A stretch of DNA of 63,885 nucleotides, the filler included, from Octopus bimaculoides (taxonomy: Eukaryota): NCBI RefSeq assembly GCF_001194135.2. It is 6 parts of 5 records of this genome, joined end to end, with 100 filler letters (N's around TTAATTAATTAA, not from the genome) between each part and the next. Parts side by side here need not be neighbours in the genome. Positions count along the whole stretch, not along the records: positions 36,988 to 47,989 come from NC_068997.1; positions 48,090 to 63,885 come from NC_068988.1; 4 more parts are not named here. The stretch is one strand, 5' to 3'. Numbering within the stretch: the first letter of the stretch is position 1; each line of letters begins with the position of its first letter. Shown here piece by piece: positions 37,880-48,680 of the stretch. The notes beneath the pieces were generated by a model that did not search any database, was not told where the DNA came from, and saw nothing but the letters and a program-made list of their open reading frames with translations. Made by a program: the position numbers and the translations under genes.

Positions 37880-38106
37880 TGTGTGTGTTTATATGTTTGT
37901 GTGTTTGTGTTTGTCTCCCCAACATCACTTGACAACCGATGCTGTTGTGTTTACTTCTCCGTAACTTAGCAGTTCGGCAAATGAGACCGATAGAATAAGT
38001 ACTAGGCTTATAAAGAATAAGTCCTGGGGTCGATTTGCTCGACTAAAGGCGGTGCTCCAGCATGGCCGCAGTCAAATGACTGAAACAAGTAAAAGAATAA
38101 AAGAAT
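37677..38106 (+). mobile_element. SINE family A, best full-length copy: tRNA-like head, internal (TA)n(TG)n, CORE-like 3' half
   Basis: Head ggcgcaggcatgactgtgtggtatgtagcttgc; microsatellite at ~37840-37905; tail gactgaaacaagtaaaagaataaaag. Confidence 0.92.
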
Positions 38107-38163
38107 TATATATATATTTTCATTATTTTTTTGTGCTCCATGTAAATTTATCTTCCTTTATAA

Positions 38164-38244
<81 letters not shown>

Positions 38245-38519
38245 TTCTATCTCTTTCTCTGTATGTAAACGCCTAGTCAATCTCCAATTTCCAACCCCAG
38301 AATATAAGTTGATGTTCAACGAATATAGAAACTTTACAAGGCACAATTGAGGACCGCGGTGCAGTTTTGTGCACACCTCTAGCATGACGATGCTGTCATT
38401 TTACTTTACAGACTTTTAAGTTCACATGCCAAAATCTGCCATCAATCTGACTGGCATAAAAATCAATCACATGCGTCTTCCGATATCCGTCCCATAGATG
38501 TGCTATTTGATCTCTCTTT

Positions 38520-38803
38520 TTATTTTACCGCCAAAATCCTGGCCGCTACTGATCCACTCAAGCATTCAGTATATTCGTCACTTTTCCAATTCATAAATAT
38601 TTTATGATCATCCCTCCGGACATAGCATTCATCACTATCACCTGCCCCCTCTCCGTAGAACGTCGTCTCACTGGAATATCCTTGCTGCACATTCATTCTG
38701 TAGGTGATGACTTGTCCAGTCTCAGGAATATTAACGGCACTAGTCTCATCAGTCTTCCAGGTCTTGTGAAGAACAAGGGTATTGCCATATCGTTTATGTA
38801 TGG
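38520..38803 (-). CDS. Candidate terminal coding exon or pseudo-exon, 93 aa, unknown product
   Basis: Acceptor ...atttatctcttgattAG (AG at 38805-38804), then 2 nt plus 93 open codons (IHKRYGNTLVLHKTW...CLSGSVAARILAVK) to TAA at 38522-20; non-repetitive and GC-richer than flanks; frame closes just upstream of the acceptor. Confidence 0.4.
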
Positions 38804-38960
38804 CTAATCAAGAGATAAATATATTTGACATTTATATAAACTAATTTTTCGTATATATCATATATACATGTTAGATATATATTACCTGTATTAGAAAGTA
38901 TACCATGTGTATTAGTTATATATGCATGTGTGCGTGCATGTGTGTGTATATATACATACA

Positions 38961-39087
<127 letters not shown>

Positions 39088-39127
39088 TATTACTATTTTT
39101 ATTAGTATTATTATTAGTATTATTATA

Positions 39128-39263
39128 CTGGCAGAATCGTTAGCACGCCAGGGGAAATGTTTAACTGCATTTTGTCTGCCGCTATTGTATGAGTTCAAAT
39201 TTCGACGAGGTCGACTTTACCTTTCTTCTTTTTGGGGTCGATAAATGAAGTACCAGATGTAAT
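39128..39263 (+). mobile_element. SINE family B, 5' two-thirds
   Basis: ctggcagaatcgttagcacgccagggg...gagttcaaatttcgacgaggtcgacttt...ggggtcgataaa. Confidence 0.85.
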
Positions 39264-39364
39264 GAGGCCTTCTGCCTATAGTAGAAAGGATTATTATTAT
39301 TATTATTATTATAATTACTATTATTATTATTGCTGTTGTTGTTATTGTTATTTTCATTATCATC

Positions 39365-39830
39365 TTTTAATTCTGTTTCCATTTCTTGCTGTATGTCTTT
39401 CTGACACCTAGAGCAGAGAAACACCTTCTATATATTGGTAGGCCATTAAAATAAACACACCAGATTGTTCATTTACAAAGTCACTTGAGAGAGAAAAAGG
39501 GAAAGAAAGACATAGAGAAAAGGAAAAAAATTAAAAAGTAAATAAAGAAAATAAAGGGGAAAAGGGAAAGAAAACTCACAGCGACAATTCTCTTCTCAAT
39601 ACGTGTGATGTAACAGTTAAGACAATCTTTTGCACTTCCTGCATGGATGGCAAACAAGGTATCATTCTTAAATAATTTTCAGTTTCGTTTTCGATTATTC
39701 CAAATGCTCCTACAATCACTGGAATTGTAACCGTCTTGAAATGCCACATCCTTTTGATTATCAAATCTTTATATTTTCTGAACTTATCAAATTCTTTTGC
39801 CGAGATATTATGGTCATGTCAATCAATGAA
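39365..39830 (-). mobile_element. R4/Dong-like RLE C-terminus plus 3' UTR, ending toward an (AAT)n tract
   Basis: LIDMT..ISAKEFDKFRKYKDLIIKRMWHFKTVTIPVIVGAFG...VQKIVLTVTSHVLRREL; (TTA)n at 39290-39360. Confidence 0.8.
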
Positions 39831-40271
39831 CATCCAACCATATGTGGACGATATGGTGATCTTCCATAAAAATAAAAATTAAAAAAACGCTTGACGTTAT
39901 AGGTGGGACCCATTTTGAAATTTAGTTCAGGTAACTAGCCCATCCCGTTCAAACGGTCCCTGAATGAGGAACGAAACACCCACGTTTCCAGACTGGAATT
40001 ATTCAAAACCCAAAGAATTCGTCCCAACACATGGCTTCAATACTCCACCACTACTTCTGCTCGTGATCAGAGATGGACATGTTGTCAGCCAGCAAGGGGC
40101 ATGCTCAACTTAAGGTCAAGCTACTGACAAGCAAATCTGTGGTATTGAGCAGAATATTTGCTGTAGCCCATCTTTTTTATACCAAGGCTAAACATGTACA
40201 TTATAGCACTTCCAATCAGTTAAGATCAAAAGCCATGAACACCACTACCTAGCATTGCATCAGGGCATTTA

Positions 40272-40273
40272 TT

Positions 40274-40353
<80 letters not shown>
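40272..40353. repeat. (CAT)n microsatellite
   Basis: Read directly. Confidence 0.95.
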
Positions 40354-40679
40354 ATCCTAGATCACAGTAATAGTTCATGAAAAAAAAAAGCTAGAGATCT
40401 GAAAATATTATTCATCTAAAGTGCTTATGTAACTTGATTCTTGCTATCTTTAAAATGAAAGTTTCATGATAAATAAATTTAAAATATACTTGAATTAACA
40501 ATTTTGCATAAATGATCATTCATTTTCGTGAAATTTTATCAATCTGGAGTTGAGTCATCTTCTATTTGTTTGGGAACAATTCGATGTGAATCCTGTGATC
40601 TGTTGAACTGAAGGTTGTCATTATCTTCTTAAAATAATGTATNNNNNNNNNNNNNNNNNNNNNATATATATATATATAT

Positions 40680-41130
40680 AAACAATATATGAGTATATGC
40701 ATATATATGTACATGTATGTACATACCTTCATCTACATGTACATATAGATACATATCTGGGTACATGACGCTGCAAAAAAAAATGGACAAAATGATAAAC
40801 AAAGTACAAAAAATAAGCAGACCACATAGAGAACATATCCTTCATCAGCTGCCACCATTAAAACACTGGCGTTTCGAAGTGTTAGGGCAGGACGCATAGT
40901 TAAAACGGCTCTTCTCACGAACACAAATTAATTTCTTTTTTTCGTGAAGGATAGTGGCGGACGGAAAACAAGACAGGAAAACGAAACGGTGAAATAAACA
41001 AACAAAAGGCTGTACAGCCAGACGTGGAGAAGTGTATGTATATTGAACGCTGTGAAGTACGAACAGGAGAGGCAAAGAAATGCGTCCGAAGCTTAGGTGG
41101 TCAGAGACCGAAAAGAAATGGCAACTGGAC
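40680..41130 (-). mobile_element. Dispersed repeat family E, copy 3 (longest; keeps sequence upstream of the predicted cleavage site)
   Basis: Reverse complement of 40680-40890 aligns with 16617-16825 and 25518-25748; ~230 bp of extra non-microsatellite sequence upstream (its extent is a guess). Confidence 0.75.
40838..40895 (-). ncRNA. Candidate non-circularly permuted (pseudoknotted) hammerhead ribozyme; predicted cleavage GUC^ between 40891 and 40890
   Basis: - strand: GCGTC^CTGCC-ctaaca-CTTC-GAAACGC-cagtgttttaatggt-GGCAG-CTGATGA-A-GGA. Stem I CTGCC/GGCAG, stem III ACGC/GCGT, stem II GGA/TTC; core intact; strand order A-C-B. Confidence 0.6.
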
Positions 41131-41911
41131 AGAGCATAATTATATATTTCTAGAAGTTTTTTTATTTGAATACAAGACTGCATTTTTATGAACGGAATAT
41201 CTTTGTACTCGAGCGTGTTACTTCAGGACTAACTGTTATATTTATGGTGACTAAAATTAATAATCTATAATTTTGAACTGTATTCTTAGTCCATTGAGGA
41301 TATCTTGAAACTGTTTAATTTTCCCTGATGTTTCGCTTTTTAGAAAATATACACATATGTGCAGGAATACTTGAACGGTTAAAAACTTTGCTTGGTAACC
41401 ACCTGGTTCAAGATTAGAACCTGTTATATGCTATCATGGTCAACTACGTTTTAATATAACAGCTGGCTGTCTGATGGCTTGCAAGTGAAAACCTCATTCC
41501 AAAGCCCGCCGTATTTATTGATATTATATTTGTCGAAGCGTTAAACTTTGCTTTTTGATAACACGTAGGTCAATGTACTCTAAACGTCACCACTTTCTTT
41601 AGCACAAAGAAAGTGACACCTGAAATTAATGGAAATTCTCTATATTTACTGATATTTGTTAATGCTTCTTATTGCTTAACATCTAACAATACCAGTTGTG
41701 CGTGTGCGTAATGTGTGTATGCGCGTGGGTTTTTGTGTTTGTGCATTTTTAATTTGAATTACCCGTCTATTAATTTGTGCTTGCCGTGTATGCTTTTATG
41801 ATTATAAAGCTCTGTGTGTATATTTTGTTAATCTTTTTACATATTGCCAGAGTTAACAATTATACAGATACATACACAAGAACGCACAGTGTTGTGTGTG
41901 TNNNNNNNNNN

Positions 41912-41953
<42 letters not shown>

Positions 41954-42199
41954 GTGTATGTGTGTCTTTGTCTGGTGCATTGTAAAATTGAACTACCTTT
42001 CTATTAACTTACGCTTGCCGCCACAGAGGCAAAGCATATCAACGATGAATCGTGTACGCTTGTATGATTATAAGGCTCTGTGTGTATATTTTGTTAATCC
42101 TTTTCCATATTTAAATAACCTGTCTGCTTCAGAAAGTCAAATGTCAGAATGTACAATTATACAGATTCGTGCATACACAAGAATACACCTTGTGTATGT

Positions 42200-42850
42200 G
42201 ACTTATTTAAGTCATTAGACTTTAGCCATGCCGGGGCACCTCATTTGAAGAACTTTTAGTCGATTGAATCGATCCTAGTATTCTTTTAAAGCCTGGTACT
42301 TATGTTTTCGGTTTTTTTGCAGAACGTCTACGATAAGGAGACGGAAACACACCAATACCCGTTCTCAATTGTTGGTGGGTTCAGACACAAACTTACGTAC
42401 ATATATATANNNNNNNNNNNNNNNNNNNNNNNNNNNNNNNNNNNNNNNNNNNNNNNNNNNNNNNNNNNNNNNNNNNNNNNNNNNNNNNNNNNNNNNNNNN
42501 NNNNNNNNNNNNNNNNNNNNNNNNNNNNNNNNNNNNNNNNNNNNNNNNNNNNNNNNNNNNNNNNNNNNNNNNNNNNNNNNNNNNNNNNNNNNNNNNNNNN
42601 NNNNNNNNNNNNNNNNNNNNNNNNNNNNNNNNNNNNNNNNNNNNNNNNNNNNNNNNNNNNTATATATATATATATCCATATATATAAATATAGGATGGGC
42701 TTCTTCCAGCTTCTGCCTGCCAAATTGATTCACTAGGAATTTGTCGCACAGAGGCTAGATTGGAAGACACTTGCCCAAATTACCACGCAGTCGGACCGAA
42801 TCCAGTGTCATATGGTGTGGAAGCAAGTCTGTTTCCACACATTCATGTCT
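42200..42850 (-). mobile_element. SINE family A, degenerate, spanning a gap at its internal microsatellite
   Basis: 3' half at 42200-42390; 5' half at 42695-42850 (gaagacacttgcccaa...cacgcagt). Confidence 0.7.
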
Positions 42851-43930
42851 GTGTATTTCTAAATATGTGTATGTGTATATATTTTTTTATTATATATACA
42901 TTGAGCTACGCTCACACACACAAACACACCCATAGATAAAGTATTGTATAAGATGTGGATTCAGAGAATCCCTTGGCTATCACAGAAAGCTCCTCTCACG
43001 GACTCGGATATCAGTCCACATGTTACAAAATAGAATAAATAAAGTGTCCATGTAACTGAAAATTCAGATATTTTGAGTAAAAGTAGTATACTTTGAGGAG
43101 AATACAAAGTATAATATCAGGCGTAATGGGAGCTGAATATATATTCCTTAAGTACGTAACGTCCAAAGGATTACGTCTCTTTCATAGCTTTCTCCATGTT
43201 GTATTAATCTCAGCATGCAAGAAATTATCCCTACACGTATGTGTGCGCTTAGCATTATACAATACAATTCTATATCTACAAACTAATGACAATAAAGAAA
43301 TCTAGCTCATCAGATCACCGGAATATCTTAGCTACTTATACAGTCGGCCGCAATCCTATGGAAGTCACGTGGTTAATAAATAAATAAATATATATTCTCC
43401 TCTCATACCCCTGATAATACCTCTGCCTGTCTGTCTGTCTCTCTTTATATATATATAGCTTTAGATAATCTGCATGTGCATCTGTTGTAGTGCATGCATA
43501 TGTTTGTATAAAAATATACGTATGCATGTCTGACTGACTGCCTCCATATTACTACATACCTTTGCGCATACATCTGTGCTCATGTGTTTCTTTATGTTTT
43601 CAGAAGGAAGAGAAAAAAACTAAAATAAAACAGAGTGGTGGCGAGAATGACTGTCGTTATCAATTAATTGTTCTCCCCTAAATGACAGTTTTTTAAATTT
43701 CTTTATTTGGTGGGTGAGTCGGTGGGTGGATTTCCTTGCAAATTGAGTTGTGGTTGTGGTTGTTCGCCTCCGAGTTGTCTCTGATTTAGAGGATCTGTGA
43801 AAAAACGTTTGGTTTCCAACCGTCACCATCCGTTCTTCTGTATATCACGGTACACGTTTTTTTAACTTATATATTTACAAGTGATTCACATGTAGGTTAT
43901 GTATGTATGTATGTATGCATGTATGTATGT

Positions 43931-44268
43931 ATGTATGCATGTATGTGTCTTTATTCAGTTTTATTTCAAGATATCTTGCCAATAAGGAAAGAACCGGTTT
44001 CTAACCTAGACTCAAGGCTCCATCATTGGAATTTCAACATCATCAACAGGGTATTTTGTATGTATGTATGTATGTATGTATGTATATGTACAGATTTGTA
44101 TGTTTAGTTTTATGTAAGTATTCTGATGCATATTCCTGCATATCTATACGTGCTCGTATATATATTTAAATGTTACTGATTTTTACAGTTCCAGTGATGG
44201 ATTGGATCTGTAGTCTTCGAATTAGTTTTCTTCTGTTTGGTTTTGAGAAGCCTAATTTCTCAAGATTA
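43931..44268 (-). mobile_element. RLE 3'-end family (same as 19514-19933), flanked by (TATG)n on both sides
   Basis: Reverse complement ...attcgaagactacagatccaatccatcactggaactgtaaaaatc...ttgagtctaggttagaaaccggttc...gaaataaaactgaataa. Confidence 0.8.
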
Positions 44269-44430
44269 GTATGTATGTATGTATGCATGCAGGTTGGTCT
44301 CCGTGTGTCTGTGGTTGTATTTATGCAATAGAAGATTCGCATAAATATGTGAGAGTATGCAAGCAGTCATTGATTGCGTACGTCTGCGAAATTTGTACGT
44401 ACATGGGTAACTTTATATTTATCTGCGGTT

Positions 44431-44600
44431 GATGGCTGCGATTTGTGGATATAATATTCATTTACATTGGCCTCTTACAAATCCATTTGGGTTTTATGCA
44501 ACAGCCATCTGTGGAGTAGTGGCGAGGAATAACAAGTGTGTACTCTATATAAAGAGCGTACGGGTATCTAAAAATAACTGTTAGAAAGGCGGGTGGTGGC
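44431..44600 (+). promoter_or_regulatory. Candidate core promoter for the gene whose first coding exon is at 47358
   Basis: TATATAAAG at 44546-54, inverted CCAAT (ATTGG) ~80 bp upstream, GATGGCTG/CAGCCATC inverted pair, unique sequence; motif-level only. Confidence 0.3.
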
Positions 44601-44820
44601 ATCATTATTACTGTGAAGCAATGTAAATTTAGTTAATTCAATTCACAATTACTTCGAAGTTTTGTCGGCTGTTGCCTTCATCGGGCACCTTTGAAGTCAC
44701 TACGAATTTAATTATCAAAAACTTTCAAACACACACACACACACACACACACAATTATAGACACGCCCATGCAGACAGATCATACGTGTATACATACAGT
44801 TATATATGTACATATATATA

Positions 44821-45172
44821 GGAGTCGCCGCCTGGTAAGTAGCTTGCCTACCAACCACATGTTTCCGGATTTAGTCCCACTGCGTGGCACCTTGGGCAAG
44901 TGTCTTCTGCTATAGCCTCAGGCAGGCCAAAATGCCTTGTGAATGGACTTGGTAGAAGTAAACTGTATATATGTGTGCTTCTGTGTTTGTTCCTCCACCA
45001 TCGCTTGACAACCGATATTGGTGTGTTTATGGCCCCGGAACTTAGCAGTTCGGCATAAGAGACCGATAGAATAAGTATTCGGCTTACAAAGAGTTAGTCC
45101 TGGGGCCGATTTGTTCGACTAAAGGCGGTGCTCCAGCATGGCCACAGTCAAATGACTGAAAGAAATATTAAA
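44821..45172 (+). mobile_element. SINE family A
   Basis: ctggtaagtagcttgcctaccaaccacat...cactgcgtggcaccttgggcaagtgtc...cagtcaaatgactgaa. Confidence 0.88.
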
Positions 45173-45534
45173 AAAATAAATTTTTAAGTAAATATGAGAG
45201 CGATAGCATTTTTTAAAATATCATTGCTGGTGGCTGCCGTAGAGGCAAATTAATAATAACAATAATAATAATGACAATATANNNNNNNNNNNNNNNNNNN
45301 NNNNNNNNNNNNNNNNNNNNNNNNNNNNNNNNNNNNNNNNNNNNNNNNNNNNNNNNNNNNNNNNNNNNNNNNNNNNNNNNNNNNNNNNNNNNNNNTTCCT
45401 AGTACTTATTCTATCGGTGAATTTTGCCGAACCGTTAAGTTTCGGGGACATAAACACGCTGAAACGAAACCATCTGGTTGAGAAGCCAACTTCTTACACG
45501 CACAAACAGCTATATGTAGTTTATGTATATATGT

Positions 45535-45576
<42 letters not shown>

Positions 45577-45941
45577 ATGTATGTGTGTATGAGAGAGCAG
45601 GGCATGTCATCAGATCTATCTATCTATGCACGCGCGCATTGCTGTTGTTGTTGTTGTTGTTGTTCTTCTTCTTGTGTGTGTGTGTGTGCGTGCATCCCTT
45701 GAGGGTTTTTAAATGTGTAAGAACAGGAAACAAGAGAGATAACTCCAATCTTCCCGCTGCAATTTTTTTCTATAAAGGAAATATGATAAAGCGTCGAAGT
45801 TGCATTCAAAAGCCGGCTGGTGATGGAAAAGCAACGATTCGACTTACACCATGTGTATTTACTATCCTGATCATTCTTCTCAAGTACTGTCACTTAAAAG
45901 CTCAATATTACATCTTCATGTGTGTGTTTGTGTGTGTGTGT

Positions 45942-45986
<45 letters not shown>

Positions 45987-46052
45987 CGTGCCTCTTTATG
46001 TGCATATGTATGTATGTATGTATGATTGTATGTATGTATGTATGTATGTATG

Positions 46053-46091
<39 letters not shown>

Positions 46092-46429
46092 GCTTCTCTC
46101 TCTCTGTATATATATGNNNNNNNNNNNNNNNNNNNNNNNNNNNNNNNNNNNNNNNNNNNNNNNNNNNNNNNNNNNNNNNNNNNNNNNNNNNNNNNNNNNN
46201 NNNNNNNNNNNNNNNNNNNNNNNNNNNNNNNNNNNNNNNNNNNNNNNNNNNNNNNNNNNNNNNNNNNNNNNNNNNNNNNNNNNNNGTGTGTGTGTGTGTG
46301 TGTGTGTTTTGTTTGTGTGCGTGCCTGCTTGTTTATGTGCATATGTATGTATGTATGTATGTATCCATCTATCTATGCTTCTCTCTCTCTCTATATATAT
46401 GTGTTGTGTGTGTGTTGTCGTGTGTGTGT

Positions 46430-46462
<33 letters not shown>

Positions 46463-47372
46463 TGTGTGTGTGTGTGTGTGCGTACTCTGCTGGGTATGTG
46501 GTTTCCAACACGATATCTTCATCACTATTCACGGTAAATCGTGTCCGAAGAATGGACTATGCGATATCATTAGAATGACTTCCCTTGATAGTTTGTTTTT
46601 TTATTAATTCTTTTTTTTTCTTTATGTTATTAATCACCCACAGACGGAGCTTTTTGACTCCCTTTGCAATGTTTAATTTTGGTTGATTGAAAGGTGATTG
46701 ACTAACAAACCAATTAAGTAACTAATTAACTCTGTGTGTGTTTGTGTGTCTATGCATGTAGTGTGTGTGCTTGCAGGTGTGTATGTTTATGTGTGTGAGC
46801 ACGTGTATAAAGCAAATTTTGATTGTGATAATTTAAAGTGAAAATTATTAGTTTCAAATTTGCTCTGGCTGGTGAACATATGTAAGTTGATAGATATAGA
46901 TTTGGGTGCCAGATGACATGTGTGTCCGTCCACATGTGTCCACATGTGTGCTTGTGTGTGTGTGTGTGTGAGAGAGTGTATTTGTGTGAGTGCTTGTTGT
47001 ATATACAGCTATTTACGAATATCGAAACCATCATGCAGGTTTATTTATATGAACCTAGACCCAATGGCGTGTAACTGTCTGTATTTGTGTGTATGTGTGT
47101 GTGTGTGTACATTAGGTCGTGTGTGTGGGTGTGTGTATATGCTGTTGCATGCATATGTGCCAGTGTGTTCGCTTGCATGTGTATGAGTGTTCGGGTGGTT
47201 GGGTGTGCATTGTACATATATCAACTGTAACAAATATATATAAATCAATCAATCCTTGTCGGCCTCTGCTTCTCCCTCACTCTCCTTCTCCCTCTCTCAC
47301 TCTCTTCCTGACTGTCTGTCTGTCTTTCTTACACACTCTTTCCCTCTATCATTGCAGGTGGTATGATCGAAA

Positions 47373-47871
47373 ATGGAACCCAGTAACAACCTCCTTGCCC
47401 ACTCGAGCTTACCATTTTATCCCGCCATCACTACAAGCATGTCTGCAGGAATACTGACTGCGAGTACGGGAGGACAGGAAACCGCTTCCAGATCGGCGCT
47501 GTCCGGTCAAAATGCCTGGGGCACGTACGGAAATGAAGCCAGCTTAGTTCCACATAACTCGTGTTCCATGTCATCTTATTCCAATTTGCAGCTGGGTGCC
47601 ACGTTCCCGATGAATAGTAAACCCTCGTACACAACATTCGGAACAAGTGCAGAATATTTAACAAACTGTAGACAGATGCAACTCAACCAACTGGGTACAT
47701 TGAATGCAATGCCCATGAGAAATTATCCGATATACGGTGACGTATATCAACCTGGACATGCGGCCAGTTACACAAACGGTGGATTTTACCCCGATGTTAC
47801 ACCCGGAATAACAGCCATATCGGGTAGAGAACACGAATGTCGGAACGGGCCGACAGACTCCACAGGGCAAG
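47373..47871 (+). CDS. First coding exon of a host gene (exon 47358-47871); Ser/Gly/Tyr-rich N-terminus of a probable developmental transcription factor, possibly Hox/Post2-like; continues beyond this exon
   Basis: Long polypyrimidine tract and cattgcAG acceptor (47356-57); in-frame TGA 9 nt upstream of ATG 47373; 166 non-repetitive codons (MEPSNNLLAHSSLPFYPAITTSMSAG...RNYPIYGDVYQPG...GFYPDV...STGQ); CAAG|GTAAGT donor at 47871/72, phase 1. Identity is inferred from composition only. Confidence 0.8.
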
Positions 47872-47949
47872 GTAAGTAATCTAAGCTAAACTATGCATGC
47901 ATACACGCACACACACACATACGCAGACACACACATACACCCCCCTATG

Positions 47950-47989
<40 letters not shown>

Positions 47990-48354
47990 NNNNNNNNNNN
48001 NNNNNNNNNNNNNNNNNNNNNNNNNNNNNNNNNTTAATTAATTAANNNNNNNNNNNNNNNNNNNNNNNNNNNNNNNNNNNNNNNNNNNNATGAAATATCA
48101 TTTTGTTATTTTTCATGTTTTTATTCAATTAATCTGCAATTTTCTTCTTGTATTAGATGGATAACCCATCCTCCATTTACAGCAAGTAGCGAGCGTCTCG
48201 TTTTTTACCTGTGTGCTAAATTTGACTACTTACGACTAACGCAGGCGCATGCGCAAATTTGTGACATGCACACTCCCAGAACTCGGATCCACACTTCTCC
48301 AGTAATGCCAAATTTTGAAACTGAGTTTGCACCCCCTAAGCAAATTTTGTTCCC

Positions 48355-48680
48355 GGGCCACTGGATGTGTGCGGTGCATAGTAGTGCTATTTGTTGTATG
48401 TTATACTTGTAAGTCCTGGTGTTTTGTTATGCTATTGTCTGAATGTTTTTTTATCATACCTAATGCGCCTACTATGATAGGAATTGTTTCTGTTCGAGAT
48501 GCCTCTATTTCCAGATCTTTGTATTTTGAAGTTTGCTCCGTTATTTTTAGAGAAACATTGTTTTCTGTTTATATTGTTACATTGATTAGAAAGCATTTCT
48601 TTTCTTGGTGATCTCTGACAACTATATCTGGCCTATTGGCCTTAATTTCTCTATCTGTGTGTGTTGGCATATCCCATGTA
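48355..48680 (-). mobile_element. R4/Dong-like RLE endonuclease fragment, intronic
   Basis: Manual translation: WDMPTHTDREIKANRPDIVVRD...FLI...SKYKDLEIE...TETIPIIVGALG...QIALLCTAHI, with breaks. Confidence 0.8.

Noticed and set aside
45990-46400. Near-duplicate sequence on both sides of the 46117-46285 gap
   Set aside because: It cannot be distinguished from an allelic overlap or assembly artefact.
48157-48190. tattAG acceptor as the next exon of the 47358 gene
   Set aside because: With the phase-1 donor it reads D-G-stop; the same test fails for the acceptors at 55726 and 59162 (early stops, no homeobox).
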